Assembly: GCA_049513715.1 (NCBI GenBank) | Contig: JBEKVV010000006.1 | Location: forward strand, 32,001-96,000 | Source: Candidatus Bathyarchaeia archaeon | GTDB lineage: Archaea > Thermoproteota > Bathyarchaeia > 40CM-2-53-6 | Reading direction: 5' to 3' | Length of the DNA: 64,000 nucleotides | Shown here: piece by piece, positions 30,132 through 39,285 of the stretch | Numbering within the stretch: position 1 is the stretch's first letter | Layout of the letters: each line of letters begins with the position of its first letter | Program-made: the position numbers and the translations under genes | Notes under the pieces: generated by a model | Database searches by the model: none | Seen by the model: the letters and a program-made list of their open reading frames with translations, nothing else | Told to the model about the DNA's origin: nothing

Positions 30132-31013
30132 ATGAATCACGCAGTAGAGGATGACAAGACCCGTTTCGGGTTATTGGCTGTCATCCTAATTCTCATCGCA
30201 GTCTTCGCGGTTTTCCGGTTCGCATTGTACACTCTGGAGAGTGTGTACGGCATCTCAGTGCCCTTCCCGCAAGTCACGATTGCTCTAACGTGGGCAGTGT
30301 TGGGGCTCGTCGGAGCGTATGTGGTTGGCCGTACGATTCAGACCACGACAGCACCGCTCATCGGAGCCCGAGGCGCGTCCACGGCCCGCAAGGTGGTCAC
30401 CGTGACACTGATCTTTGCAGTCTTGATTGTAACCCTGGTGAACCTGCGCGTCGACGTTTCGGGATATTTGGTGAGCCTCGGAATCAGTGCCGTTGTGATT
30501 GGGTTTGCTGCGCAGGCTACCATTGGGAACTTGATCTCGGGAGTTTTGGTGTTGATTAGCAAGCCTTTCCGGAAGGGTGACTACATCAAGGTCAACATGC
30601 CCGGAGCCCCCATAGAGGGAACGATTGACGAGATATCGTTCCTGCGAAGCCGGATTTTCACTAATGATGGGGTTTCAATTTCCGTCCCAAACACAGTCAT
30701 GCTCGCCGTTCCGATTAGCAATTTCACGGTCTTCGAGCACCGCCCCCTTGTCCTCAACATATCACTCGAACGCAATGTCTCCGTAGATGATTTCAAGAGC
30801 AAAATTGAGTCGGCAATGCTCGCGAATGGGGAAAATATGCACGAGGTTCGCCTGTACGTGAAGGGTCTAGATCAAGATTCAACGAACATGGAACTCTGGG
30901 TTCATGTTGCAACCCAAAGTTTTCTCAAAGAACGAAGTCTCATCGTACAGAGCATCAAGAAAATCTGCGAAAAAGAAAACATACCCTTAAAGAAAATCGA
31001 ACTCCAAAGCTAA
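30132..31013 (+). CDS. MscS mechanosensitive channel family
   Basis: IGFAAQATIGNLISG, PFRKGDYI, VPNT. Confidence 0.88.
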   Translation: MNHAVEDDKTRFGLLAVILILIAVFAVFRFALYTLESVYGISVPFPQVTIALTWAVLGLVGAYVVGRTIQTTTAPLIGARGASTARKVVTVTLIFAVLIVTLVNLRVDVSGYLVSLGISAVVIGFAAQATIGNLISGVLVLISKPFRKGDYIKVNMPGAPIEGTIDEISFLRSRIFTNDGVSISVPNTVMLAVPISNFTVFEHRPLVLNISLERNVSVDDFKSKIESAMLANGENMHEVRLYVKGLDQDSTNMELWVHVATQSFLKERSLIVQSIKKICEKENIPLKKIELQS

Positions 31014-31315
31014 CCAACAGAAACCAAGCAGCACCCAGCCTTCAGAACTTTACGCTGGGAGCTATATTGTTCCAGTTGTCCTTTATTGTGGTCGACGCAA
31101 ATGCGCTCGCAGTCTACGTCCTCGGCGCTGCAGGGCTCCTTCAATCACTAATGAATTGGGCAGACTGGGCATTCTTCTAATTGCAGCCGACTAGAGGCCA
31201 GTTTTCGTATTCCACATTCACGAGGTGGAATACAAGAACTCAAGACCTGCAAGCGGATGGTCGAGGAAAACGGCTCCTCTATTTATCGCACCCACACTAA
31301 ATTGAACTAACGACC

Positions 31316-31422
31316 GGTTAGAATTCTCTTGTCCGCACCATTGATCTCACACGCACAAGAAACTACTAGAATCATGGTTCAATTTCTGCCGGTCGCACCA
31401 GCTATACTGCACACACGAAAAC
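31316..31422 (+). repeat. Tandem tRNA-3'-like/(CA)n elements (60-bp period)
   Basis: GGTTAGAATTCTCTTGTCCGCACCA (31316) and GGTTCAATTTCTGCCGGTCGCACCA (31376), each followed by CACAC..GAAAC/GAAAAC. Confidence 0.7.
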
Positions 31423-31428
31423 GTATAA

Positions 31429-32421
31429 TCAATTGACCCTGTCCGAGATAGGCTCGCCCTTCAGAAATCGCTTTACATTTTCCGCGGCATGAATCATGGC
31501 ATTTTGCAGGGAGCCTGGCACTATGGCCGAGTTATGTGGTGAACCAAGAAAATTCGGTAGATCGAAAAACGGGTAGTTTACGTGAAAGTCTCCCGTGGTG
31601 TACGGCTCATGCCACCAAGCGTCCAGCGCCGCAGAGAACCGGGGATGAGTCTTGAGGTGCTCGAATAGCGCCTTTTCTTGAATAATCGCACCGCGAGACA
31701 CATTCACCAGTATGGCGTCTTCCCTCATCCATCCCAGTTCTCTGACTCCTAGAAGCCCATTAGTTGAGCTGGTCAAAGGAAGGGCGATGAGGACGATATC
31801 GGCCACCCGCAACACTCGCTCAAGGTCTTTGAGGGTTCCAACGAATTCCACGGGTTCACTTGTGTTACCGGTCGTGTTGATCGCAAATATCTTGACGTCG
31901 AAGCATCGCAAGAGTCGGCCTGTAGCTTTCCCAATTCCACCAAAGCCCAAGATTGCGCAAGTAGAGCCGTGAAGCATACGATTCATGTTGTGTTGGTCGA
32001 AGTTGGCGGCTTTGAGTTTACTATGCCGGTCCAAGAGGTTCTTTTCGAGGGCTAAGATCATTGCTAGGGCGTGTTCTGCCATAGGTTCTGCATAGGCTCC
32101 AGCGTTGCTCGCAACTAGAATGTTGGGAGGTAGCCTGGAGAAGGGTACTTGGTCAGCTCCGGCAGAGAGAAGTTGCATTATTCGTGCACCCGTGATTCCT
32201 GCGAATTCCTCGGCGTTTCTCAGCTCGCGGTCGGGGAACCATGTCAAGATGGCGTCAGCTCTTCTAAGTTGCACCAGTCGCTCTTCTTGTCGAAGTTCAG
32301 GGAGAAACACAACTTGAGCCGTTTTGCCGAAAACGTTGCTGAGCGTGGTTCGGTCTTCTTTGTCTGTGTCAAAGGTGACCGCGATCACGTGATCGACGCG
32401 TCCATTGGAGCTTGCTTTCAT
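31429..32421 (-). CDS. D-isomer-specific 2-hydroxyacid dehydrogenase
   Basis: SAGAD, AEHALA, GFGGIG, LPLT, VNVSRG, ALDAW, SPHNS. Confidence 0.88.
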   Translation of the reverse strand: MKASSNGRVDHVIAVTFDTDKEDRTTLSNVFGKTAQVVFLPELRQEERLVQLRRADAILTWFPDRELRNAEEFAGITGARIMQLLSAGADQVPFSRLPPNILVASNAGAYAEPMAEHALAMILALEKNLLDRHSKLKAANFDQHNMNRMLHGSTCAILGFGGIGKATGRLLRCFDVKIFAINTTGNTSEPVEFVGTLKDLERVLRVADIVLIALPLTSSTNGLLGVRELGWMREDAILVNVSRGAIIQEKALFEHLKTHPRFSAALDAWWHEPYTTGDFHVNYPFFDLPNFLGSPHNSAIVPGSLQNAMIHAAENVKRFLKGEPISDRVN

Positions 32422-32518
32422 AAACTTTCGTCCATCGTCTCTTTGATGCCGACGTAAGGTATGTTGGCTTATATCTCAAGCTTCTGACTTCAAGTGATTT
32501 GCTTGTGTGCAATCATCA

Positions 32519-32565
32519 TGGTGCGCACACACACAACTGGAGTTCAATTTTGGATGCTCGCACCA
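32519..32565. repeat. Back-to-back element TGGTGCG-(CA)n...GTTCAATTTTGGATGCT-CGCACCA
   Basis: 24-nt identity to 23206-23229 and 16-nt identity to 25203-25218; its ends form a 7-bp inverted repeat. Confidence 0.75.
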
Positions 32566-32632
32566 GCATAATCGTCATCATCGCGCACCGGCAGATCCAC
32601 AGAAGTGTATTTATTTCTCGTAATAGCGTTTT

Positions 32633-34105
32633 TTGCAAGGCTTCAGATTGATTCGTCGGTTAGTTGCACTGTTCCTACTGATCTTGGTTCTATCGTGCTA
32701 CTTTTCGGCAACGTCTGAGGCGCAAGCAGCGGCTACCGTTCCGGATATCAGCTACGTGTTCGGCTCGCCCGTCACCTTCGCGACGCACACCGAGCTCGTG
32801 GGCTATGGCTTCTCCTTTGGCCCCTCAGACGGTCAGTTCGGAGCAATCCCCGCGGGCGGCGCGAGCTACACCTTCTACGGCACCGCCGGCTCCACGCGTT
32901 CGTGCGCCGGAACTCCAAACGTCAAGGGCGCATTTACGTTCGCGGGCACGCTTGATCATGTGACCGGAAGCAATGGCTGTAGGAGGCTGTTTGGTCATGG
33001 AGATGGCCCGGCGGGTTGGGTCTTCGACGCGGACTATGCGGGCGGCGGTCAGATCGTGCGCTTCGAGGGTGGAGGAAAGAAGGGGTGGCTGATGCCCTTC
33101 CACGGCGAGGTCTGGTGGCAGAACCCGGCGACCCCGGATCACAAATGCAACAACGTGAACTGCTTCTACTCATCGCTTGGGTTGGCGGCGTCAACCGATG
33201 ACGGGAAGACCTTCAAGGTTGTGGGGCAGATCCTCCAGCCGAGCCAGCCCATGTCAGTCTTCACCGGCGGAGGCAAGAACATGGCGGTCGGTTACGGCTC
33301 GCTGGTCGTCGCTGATGCGAACGGCAAACACCTCGACAATCCGCCAGCAGACCCTCGCCGTGCCTACTTCTATCTCTTCTATACTGACCTCTTGCCGGGG
33401 TTGCCTGGCGTGTGCGCCAATGCGATCTGCATGGGTGCCGCGCGTGCACCGTACGCCGACGTGATAGCGGCCGCGCTCTCCAGCGACCCGCACAAAGCCG
33501 CGAAGGTGTTCCACAAGTACGACGGAGCTTCACCGAACCCTTGGACCCAGCCCGCTACCAGCGACACGCCCGACCTGTCGGGGACCGCTGGGAAGTACGC
33601 GCCTCTCTGGACCGACGAGCCCGGAGGCGCCGAAGTGATCTACGACAGCAGCTTCGATGTGTACCTAGCCGTCTACCAGTCCAGTGCCGGCATCAAGCTG
33701 CGAGCCTCAAGCGATCTGATCCATTGGTCCGGACCGATCGGCGCCCCATATCACGAGGCAGGCCGCACACTGTATTACCCGACCCTCATGGGCGAAACCG
33801 GAGACCCAACCATCGCGGGACCGGCACCGCGAGTTTATTTCAGCAGTTTCCTCACCGGTTCATTCCCGGACTACGCAACGTCGGTCTTCGAGAGCGTCAG
33901 CTGTACGCTCTCGACCCAGACCTCGTTGACCACGACAAGTGTAAGGACTAGCGCCTCGGTGTCTAGTTTTGCAACAACATCATCTGTTACGATGCCAAGC
34001 TTACAGTACTCTTGGCAAGGCGAGATTGGATTACTCGTGACGGCTGTTGTAGCTGGCGTTCTCGGGGGCATAATCGTTTTGAGAAAACGCGGAAGAAAGC
34101 CCTAG
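32633..34105 (+). CDS. Secreted, membrane-anchored beta-propeller/glycosidase-like protein
   Basis: Signal peptide, Asp-box STDDGKTF, SSDLIHWS, Thr/Ser linker, C-terminal TM plus RKRGRK; GC-rich core. Confidence 0.7.
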   Translation: MQGFRLIRRLVALFLLILVLSCYFSATSEAQAAATVPDISYVFGSPVTFATHTELVGYGFSFGPSDGQFGAIPAGGASYTFYGTAGSTRSCAGTPNVKGAFTFAGTLDHVTGSNGCRRLFGHGDGPAGWVFDADYAGGGQIVRFEGGGKKGWLMPFHGEVWWQNPATPDHKCNNVNCFYSSLGLAASTDDGKTFKVVGQILQPSQPMSVFTGGGKNMAVGYGSLVVADANGKHLDNPPADPRRAYFYLFYTDLLPGLPGVCANAICMGAARAPYADVIAAALSSDPHKAAKVFHKYDGASPNPWTQPATSDTPDLSGTAGKYAPLWTDEPGGAEVIYDSSFDVYLAVYQSSAGIKLRASSDLIHWSGPIGAPYHEAGRTLYYPTLMGETGDPTIAGPAPRVYFSSFLTGSFPDYATSVFESVSCTLSTQTSLTTTSVRTSASVSSFATTSSVTMPSLQYSWQGEIGLLVTAVVAGVLGGIIVLRKRGRKP

Positions 34106-34338
34106 TCTCCACGTCTCCGTCTTTCATGAGTGGGTCACGTTATGGCAAGTCTGGCCGTTGCAAATAATACCGCCGCTAGAAGTCATTGGCTGAACGTGAA
34201 GTTGCAGTATAGCTGTTCGCAGGGCGGGGGCATCGCGAGACGGAGTTCTATTTGAATGAGCCGATATCTATGAAAGACAGGCTAGAGGCCATGATGAGGT
34301 TTCGAAACTTCTTCCGATGGCAGAATGTGTTGGTGTGA

Positions 34339-34430
34339 TGGTGCGACGACGACGAAAAAACGGTAACGAGTGGTCGCGGTTTCTTGTTGCGTGGTGTGTG
34401 GTTGCTGGTGTGCTAGAATGCGCTTCAACA
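34339..34430 (-). repeat. Degenerate inverted copies of the CGCACCA element
   Basis: TGGTGCG at 34339 and TGGTGTGC at 34406; minus strand GCACACCA GCAACCACACACCACGCAACAAGAAAC resembles 31334-31363. Confidence 0.5.
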
Positions 34431-34961
34431 GATGTCAGCCGTAGGTGATCATCAGAGCTACGGTTTCAGTGTTGCAGGCGCCGTCTTGGAATACTTCCTA
34501 ACAAGAAGAAGGATTCTGCGTGTGGTACTATTGGTGTGTGTGCAACAGCTGACCCATCAGAGGGGGCGTAAGTCTCCACATGCACGATTTTGTCGTTTGG
34601 GCATCAAAACCTCGACCCACAAGAACGGGGAGTGAAACTGAGAATGAAGGGGGGGGTCCACCCTTTTGCCGAAAATGCAGCAAACTGAGAAAGCCGTATC
34701 GGACAGATGAAATGGGCCCTCTTTCTACACGAAATGGGCCTACTTCATCGGAAAGTGGTCTCTACGCATACACACCCTCACCAGCCCAGTATCCGAAGGG
34801 AACTGTCTACGGATTGAGCTTGGCTTGTCTGCAGACTTTAGTCTACAGCAAACCCCACAGAAGTCTATGAACCTAGCAGGTTGCTTTGCACGAAAATGAT
34901 GTCTAGCCTATGTTATACACTGAAGCAGAGTGGAATCCACGATCCGAACAGGTTTCGTGTT

Positions 34962-35288
34962 CTAGAATCTGAACAAGACTTTCTCGAAGTCTACGATTTT
35001 TCCGTCACTGACTTCGACATCTTCTTCTCTTAACATTCGAATCTTCTTTTCCACGGTTTTTCCGGAGGTTTTCCCTGAGAAACCTCCAATTGACCCGTCG
35101 GATTTTACTACTCTGTGGCAGGGTACTCTTGGGGCGTAGGGATTGTGTCGACAAGCGTTCCCAACCGCTTGGTAAGCTCTGGTGTTCAGTTTCTTAGCAA
35201 TCTGGCCGTAAGTCGTAACTTTACCTTTTGGGATTCTCTCCATCAGTTTCCAGACTTTCTCCTCGAACTTCAACCTGAAGGTCACCAC
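34962..35288 (-). CDS. MGMT/Ogt family methylated-DNA cysteine methyltransferase (single domain)
   Basis: IPKGKVTTYGQIA, AVGNA, VPCHRVV active site. Confidence 0.88.
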   Translation of the reverse strand: MVTFRLKFEEKVWKLMERIPKGKVTTYGQIAKKLNTRAYQAVGNACRHNPYAPRVPCHRVVKSDGSIGGFSGKTSGKTVEKKIRMLREEDVEVSDGKIVDFEKVLFRF

Positions 35289-35493
35289 GTCTCATATGTC
35301 GATTGTTCCAAGCTAAAAGTGATAGTGGTTCTCTGAGTAGATTCTCCAGCACCTTGCAGTGCAGATGCCCGTAAAATTCTAGGGAACGCTTAAAGGCGCA
35401 GCAAATTCCCCGTACCATGATTTCGCTTGTCCGCCCCCCCATGCTGAGCCAAACATTTTCCCCGGCAACTGGACGGTTAAGACACAACAACTG

Positions 35494-36414
35494 TTGCGCA
35501 TGTACGAGCAATCTTTCGTTCAGGACTGGAACCCGGTTACCCTGTCTTGGGACTCGTTGGACCCGACGGGTTTGGATTTGAAGGAACGGGTTGCTCAGGC
35601 TTATTGGATGGCGAAGCTCGCATTATTCGAAAAATCCGGCATTGGAGCCTTCGGCACAGCTATGCTGAAAGCAGCCATGTATGACATGGAGGACCCAACC
35701 AAGAAATTCCTAGCCGCCGTAACCTTCGACGAATGCAGGCACGACGAAGTCTGCCGCAGAGCATGCAACAAACTCTGCCCCAACTTCCCCTACAAATACA
35801 ATCCCACAACCAACTTCGAAAAAAGGGCGCTGAAGAACATTCAAGCCCTGTATGAAAATGGGAAACGCTACTGGAAAGGCTTCATGATGGCCTGGGACAA
35901 ATATCCTCTGGAACTGATCTTCTCAAGCTTCTTCTTCGCCGAAATCGGGGCACAATTAATCTTCAACACCGTAAGCGATCTATCAAACATTAAACTCTAC
36001 AAAGAAGCGTTTCAAAACGTCACAATCGACGAATCCCGCCACCTAGCAGGAACCATGTCTCTGCTCGATAATCTCGTGAGAGATTTCCCAGCTGAACAGA
36101 AACTAATGATAACCCGCCAGATGAAACACGGCTTCATCTTCCTCTCACCCCTACTCTACAAACCCATGTCGATATTCTGGCAACTACCAAAAGACTTTGA
36201 ACAAATCGACCGAGAAATGGAAGAAGTGGCACGCAACTCGGGCCTAGGCGTCCCCACCATGGACGAAAAGTCGAAGGGCTGGTTGAAAGCAATAGAGCGA
36301 CGAAGGGAACAGATCGAAAAACTAGGCGTCCTGATTCCAGCTATTCACGAAATCAACTTGGAAGGAGAAGAAGTGGACATTAGAAAAGACGAACCAGTGG
36401 CTACACCATTCTAG
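35494..36414 (+). CDS. Ferritin-like di-iron carboxylate protein
   Basis: Paired E...DECRH and E...DESRH motifs. Confidence 0.7.
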   Translation: MRMYEQSFVQDWNPVTLSWDSLDPTGLDLKERVAQAYWMAKLALFEKSGIGAFGTAMLKAAMYDMEDPTKKFLAAVTFDECRHDEVCRRACNKLCPNFPYKYNPTTNFEKRALKNIQALYENGKRYWKGFMMAWDKYPLELIFSSFFFAEIGAQLIFNTVSDLSNIKLYKEAFQNVTIDESRHLAGTMSLLDNLVRDFPAEQKLMITRQMKHGFIFLSPLLYKPMSIFWQLPKDFEQIDREMEEVARNSGLGVPTMDEKSKGWLKAIERRREQIEKLGVLIPAIHEINLEGEEVDIRKDEPVATPF

Positions 36415-36446
36415 GCGCTTTCTGCAAAGTACTCCTGGTAAGGCCA

Positions 36447-37253
36447 TCATTTGCCCGTGAAGACTGGTTTCCGTTTCTCGAAGAACGCTTTCACAGCTTC
36501 AATATGGTCCGAAGTTGCTCCAGCAATCTCCTGAAGATAACTCTCATACCCAAGCACCGTTTCCAAGTCTGATGATATGGATTTGTTGAGGGCTCGCTTC
36601 GTGAGAGCGATGCCCCTAGGCGACCCTGCAGCGAATTTCGCTGCAAGCTCGCGGGCAGTGGACATCAGTTGATCCGCTGGAACCACTTTCGAGACTATAC
36701 CAAACCGTTCAGCATCTTTACTCGACAATTCGTCTCCGGAAAGCGCCAATTCCAGAGCTTTTGAGAACCCAACCAGTCGTGGAAGAAAGAAACTTGTTCC
36801 AGAATCTGGGGCAAGCCCTATCTTGACAAAGGCTTGAAAGAACTTGGCTGTGTCGGAGGCTATGCGAAGGTCGCATGAATAGGCAATCCCAGCTCCCGCA
36901 CCTGCTGCAGCACCATTCACTGCTGCAATGACCGGTTTCTCCATTCCTCGGATTCGGCGAATTATCGGATTGTATTTGTAGAGAAGTCTCTCGCCGAGTT
37001 TCGGGTTCTCACCTCGCTCATACTGTCCCTTCAAGGCCTGGATGTCCTCTCCGGCACAGAACGCGCGTCCCTTTCCTGTTATGATCAGGCATCGAATCTC
37101 AGGATCCCGCTCAGCAATCTTCAGGGCTTCTTGAAGCTCTTGCCCCATCTTCTCATTCACTGCATTGAGAACATCCGGCCTGTTGAGTGTGATCGTTGCG
37201 ATGCCCTGTGACTTTTCGTAAATGATGGTCTGAGAAGTTGGCGAAGCCGTCAC
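36447..37253 (-). CDS. Enoyl-CoA hydratase/isomerase (PaaG-like)
   Basis: LNRPDVLNA, AFCAGEDI, AVNGAAAGAG, IGLAPDSG, EKRKPVF. Confidence 0.85.
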   Translation of the reverse strand: MTASPTSQTIIYEKSQGIATITLNRPDVLNAVNEKMGQELQEALKIAERDPEIRCLIITGKGRAFCAGEDIQALKGQYERGENPKLGERLLYKYNPIIRRIRGMEKPVIAAVNGAAAGAGAGIAYSCDLRIASDTAKFFQAFVKIGLAPDSGTSFFLPRLVGFSKALELALSGDELSSKDAERFGIVSKVVPADQLMSTARELAAKFAAGSPRGIALTKRALNKSISSDLETVLGYESYLQEIAGATSDHIEAVKAFFEKRKPVFTGK

Positions 37254-37262
37254 ATGTCTGGC

Positions 37263-38036
37263 CTACCTTTCTTTGAAAACAGGTTTTCGTTTCTCCAGAA
37301 ACGCTTTCATGCCTTCCCGGGCGTCTTCGGTGGCGAAGAGTGTGTAGAAGGCCTTCCGCTCAAAGTCCAGACCAACTTCTAGCGTTGTGTCCTGCGCATG
37401 GAGAATCGCCTCCTTTGCAGCCCTAACTGAGATGGGAGGTTTGGAGGCAATTTCGTTTGCCATCTTCTTCGCCTCATCCATCAAGCTCTCGACTGGGACG
37501 ACTCGATTTACGAGGCCGATTCTGTAAGCTTCGTCTGCAGAGATCGATTTGCCGATTAGAATCATCTCCATTGCCTTCTGCTTCCCAACAAGCCGAGGTA
37601 GTCGTTGTGTGCCACCTGCACCGGGCATTATTCCCACGTTCACTTCCGGCTGGCCGAAGCTAGCTGTCTCCGACGCGATGATGATGTCGCAATTCATGGC
37701 CAACTCGTTTCCGCCGCCTAGGCAGTAACCGCTGACGGCCGCTATGATGGGTTTTGAAATCTTCCTGAACCTATCCCAGTATTCGAAGCGTCTTCCCAGC
37801 AGCAGGCTTACGGGGGTTGCATCGGACATTTCCTTCAGGTCCGCGCCTGCTGCGAAAGCCTTCTCGTCACCGGTGAGCACGACAACGTAGACACTGTGGT
37901 CCTTGTCCAAGTCTTCCAAAGCTTCAACAAGTTCGCGCACCATGTCTAAACTAAGCGCGTTGAGAACTTTGGGCCGGTTCAGTCTTACTATTCCGATGGG
38001 TCCCTCTTTACTTGCGAGTATGTGTTGATAATTCAA
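37263..38036 (-). CDS. Enoyl-CoA hydratase (PaaF/crotonase-like)
   Basis: AFAAGADL, LGGGNELAM, FGQPEVNVGIMPGAGGTQRL. Confidence 0.88.
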   Translation of the reverse strand: MNYQHILASKEGPIGIVRLNRPKVLNALSLDMVRELVEALEDLDKDHSVYVVVLTGDEKAFAAGADLKEMSDATPVSLLLGRRFEYWDRFRKISKPIIAAVSGYCLGGGNELAMNCDIIIASETASFGQPEVNVGIMPGAGGTQRLPRLVGKQKAMEMILIGKSISADEAYRIGLVNRVVPVESLMDEAKKMANEIASKPPISVRAAKEAILHAQDTTLEVGLDFERKAFYTLFATEDAREGMKAFLEKRKPVFKER

Positions 38037-38092
38037 ACCTTACGCCGGACACATGGTCGTCGCTTATTGAACTTAAGCTTCACCGAAAACAG

Positions 38093-39091
38093 TCACGCAG
38101 TGCTAGCGGACCCGCGTGTGAGTTCAATCCAGCTTGGAACGTTGTTGAGGCTTTGTGCCGCCTTCACGCTTCTGACAACGGCTCGTGCAACGCAACGAGT
38201 TGCCGTGTAACCCAAAATGTCCACCATGCGTTTGGATTCGCGCACTCCCGCAATCTTTGCCGTGGAGGCGGCGAAGAGCGTGTCCCCGTCCCGAGACATA
38301 TGGACCGGCCTAACCGACATCGCCAACCCATCATGGGCCATTTGCGCAATTCGAATCATGCCTTCATGTGATATGTCCACGTTGGTCGCAACGATACCTA
38401 TCGTGGTTTTGCTTCGCGGGATCTCTTCACGCAAATATTCCGGAATAACGTCGTCGAGTTCGAGAAATCCTCCGCCGGCATTTCGGGTTCCAACCACAAT
38501 CTTACCGTCAGCATCAAGGTCGTATATGTTTCCAACCGAGTTGGTAATGATCAAAGCCCCTACTACGATGTCGTTCGGCAAGTGCGCGGCGTAGGATCCG
38601 CAGCCGCCTTTGCACGCGAAATTCAATCCCTTCAACTTGCCAACGGTCGCTCCTTTTCCCGCACCCACGTTACCCTCAGCTACTGGGTCGGAGGACGCGT
38701 TCAGACCTGCGGAGTAGCCTAGGTCGGGGTAGTTTGCCTCATGTATGTTTGCGAATTCCAGGTCCCAAATGTTCGCGCCCAGTATGCCCGGAACTTTTCC
38801 CGCACCGCCAAGTGCTGCCAATTTCTTTTCGATGAGGAATCTTCTTACACCCATTGCTGTGTCAAGACCAAAGATATCCCCACCAGTCAAGAACACCGCG
38901 TGTTTCTTGACGTACGTTTTTCCCACGTCGACTGAGTGGGTGTCGTAGGTTCCAGGCCAACCACCTCGCGGGTCGCATCCAACATCTGCTTCAGATTCGA
39001 AGAGGATTACGGTGCAACCAGTGCGGGCGTGGTCGCTGTGGGCGTGACCAACCTTCACTCCGTCAACAGCTGTCAGTGTCTCGTTCGTCAA
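38093..39091 (-). CDS. DmpA/P1 (S58) family peptidase
   Basis: VGHA, TGCTVI, RGGWPGT, EGNVGAGKGA, TTIGIVATN, AHDGLA, DGDTLFA. Confidence 0.82.
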   Translation of the reverse strand: MTNETLTAVDGVKVGHAHSDHARTGCTVILFESEADVGCDPRGGWPGTYDTHSVDVGKTYVKKHAVFLTGGDIFGLDTAMGVRRFLIEKKLAALGGAGKVPGILGANIWDLEFANIHEANYPDLGYSAGLNASSDPVAEGNVGAGKGATVGKLKGLNFACKGGCGSYAAHLPNDIVVGALIITNSVGNIYDLDADGKIVVGTRNAGGGFLELDDVIPEYLREEIPRSKTTIGIVATNVDISHEGMIRIAQMAHDGLAMSVRPVHMSRDGDTLFAASTAKIAGVRESKRMVDILGYTATRCVARAVVRSVKAAQSLNNVPSWIELTRGSASTA

Positions 39092-39285
39092 TGCAGTGTC
39101 GCCGCCACTGCCTGCTGAAGGGCAGACTTAACGTTTCGCGCGTGTTCGCGTTGTCCAAAAGGTGCCAACACTAGAAAGCGAGTTCTCCTTCGCCCCTGTA
39201 TTCCTGCACAGGGTTAGCGCCGTCTTCTAGGGAGTCATGTAGGAAATGACTCCTAGATGACTACACGGGTGTCGTGAGTTTTGGG

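Noticed and set aside
31316..31400. Intact tRNA gene
   Set aside because: Only T-loop-to-CCA-like 3' portions are present; no matching 5' acceptor strand, D arm or anticodon arm was found.
32825..33951. Multiple overlapping alternative-frame ORFs (e.g. 33412-33951)
   Set aside because: Expected shadow ORFs of a GC-rich gene; Arg/Pro-rich with no motifs. The same applies to most antisense ORFs in the track.
39227..39256. Inverted repeat GGAGTCAT-N7-ATGACTCC as an operator
   Set aside because: Single occurrence just after the ALDH stop; cannot be distinguished from a terminator hairpin.
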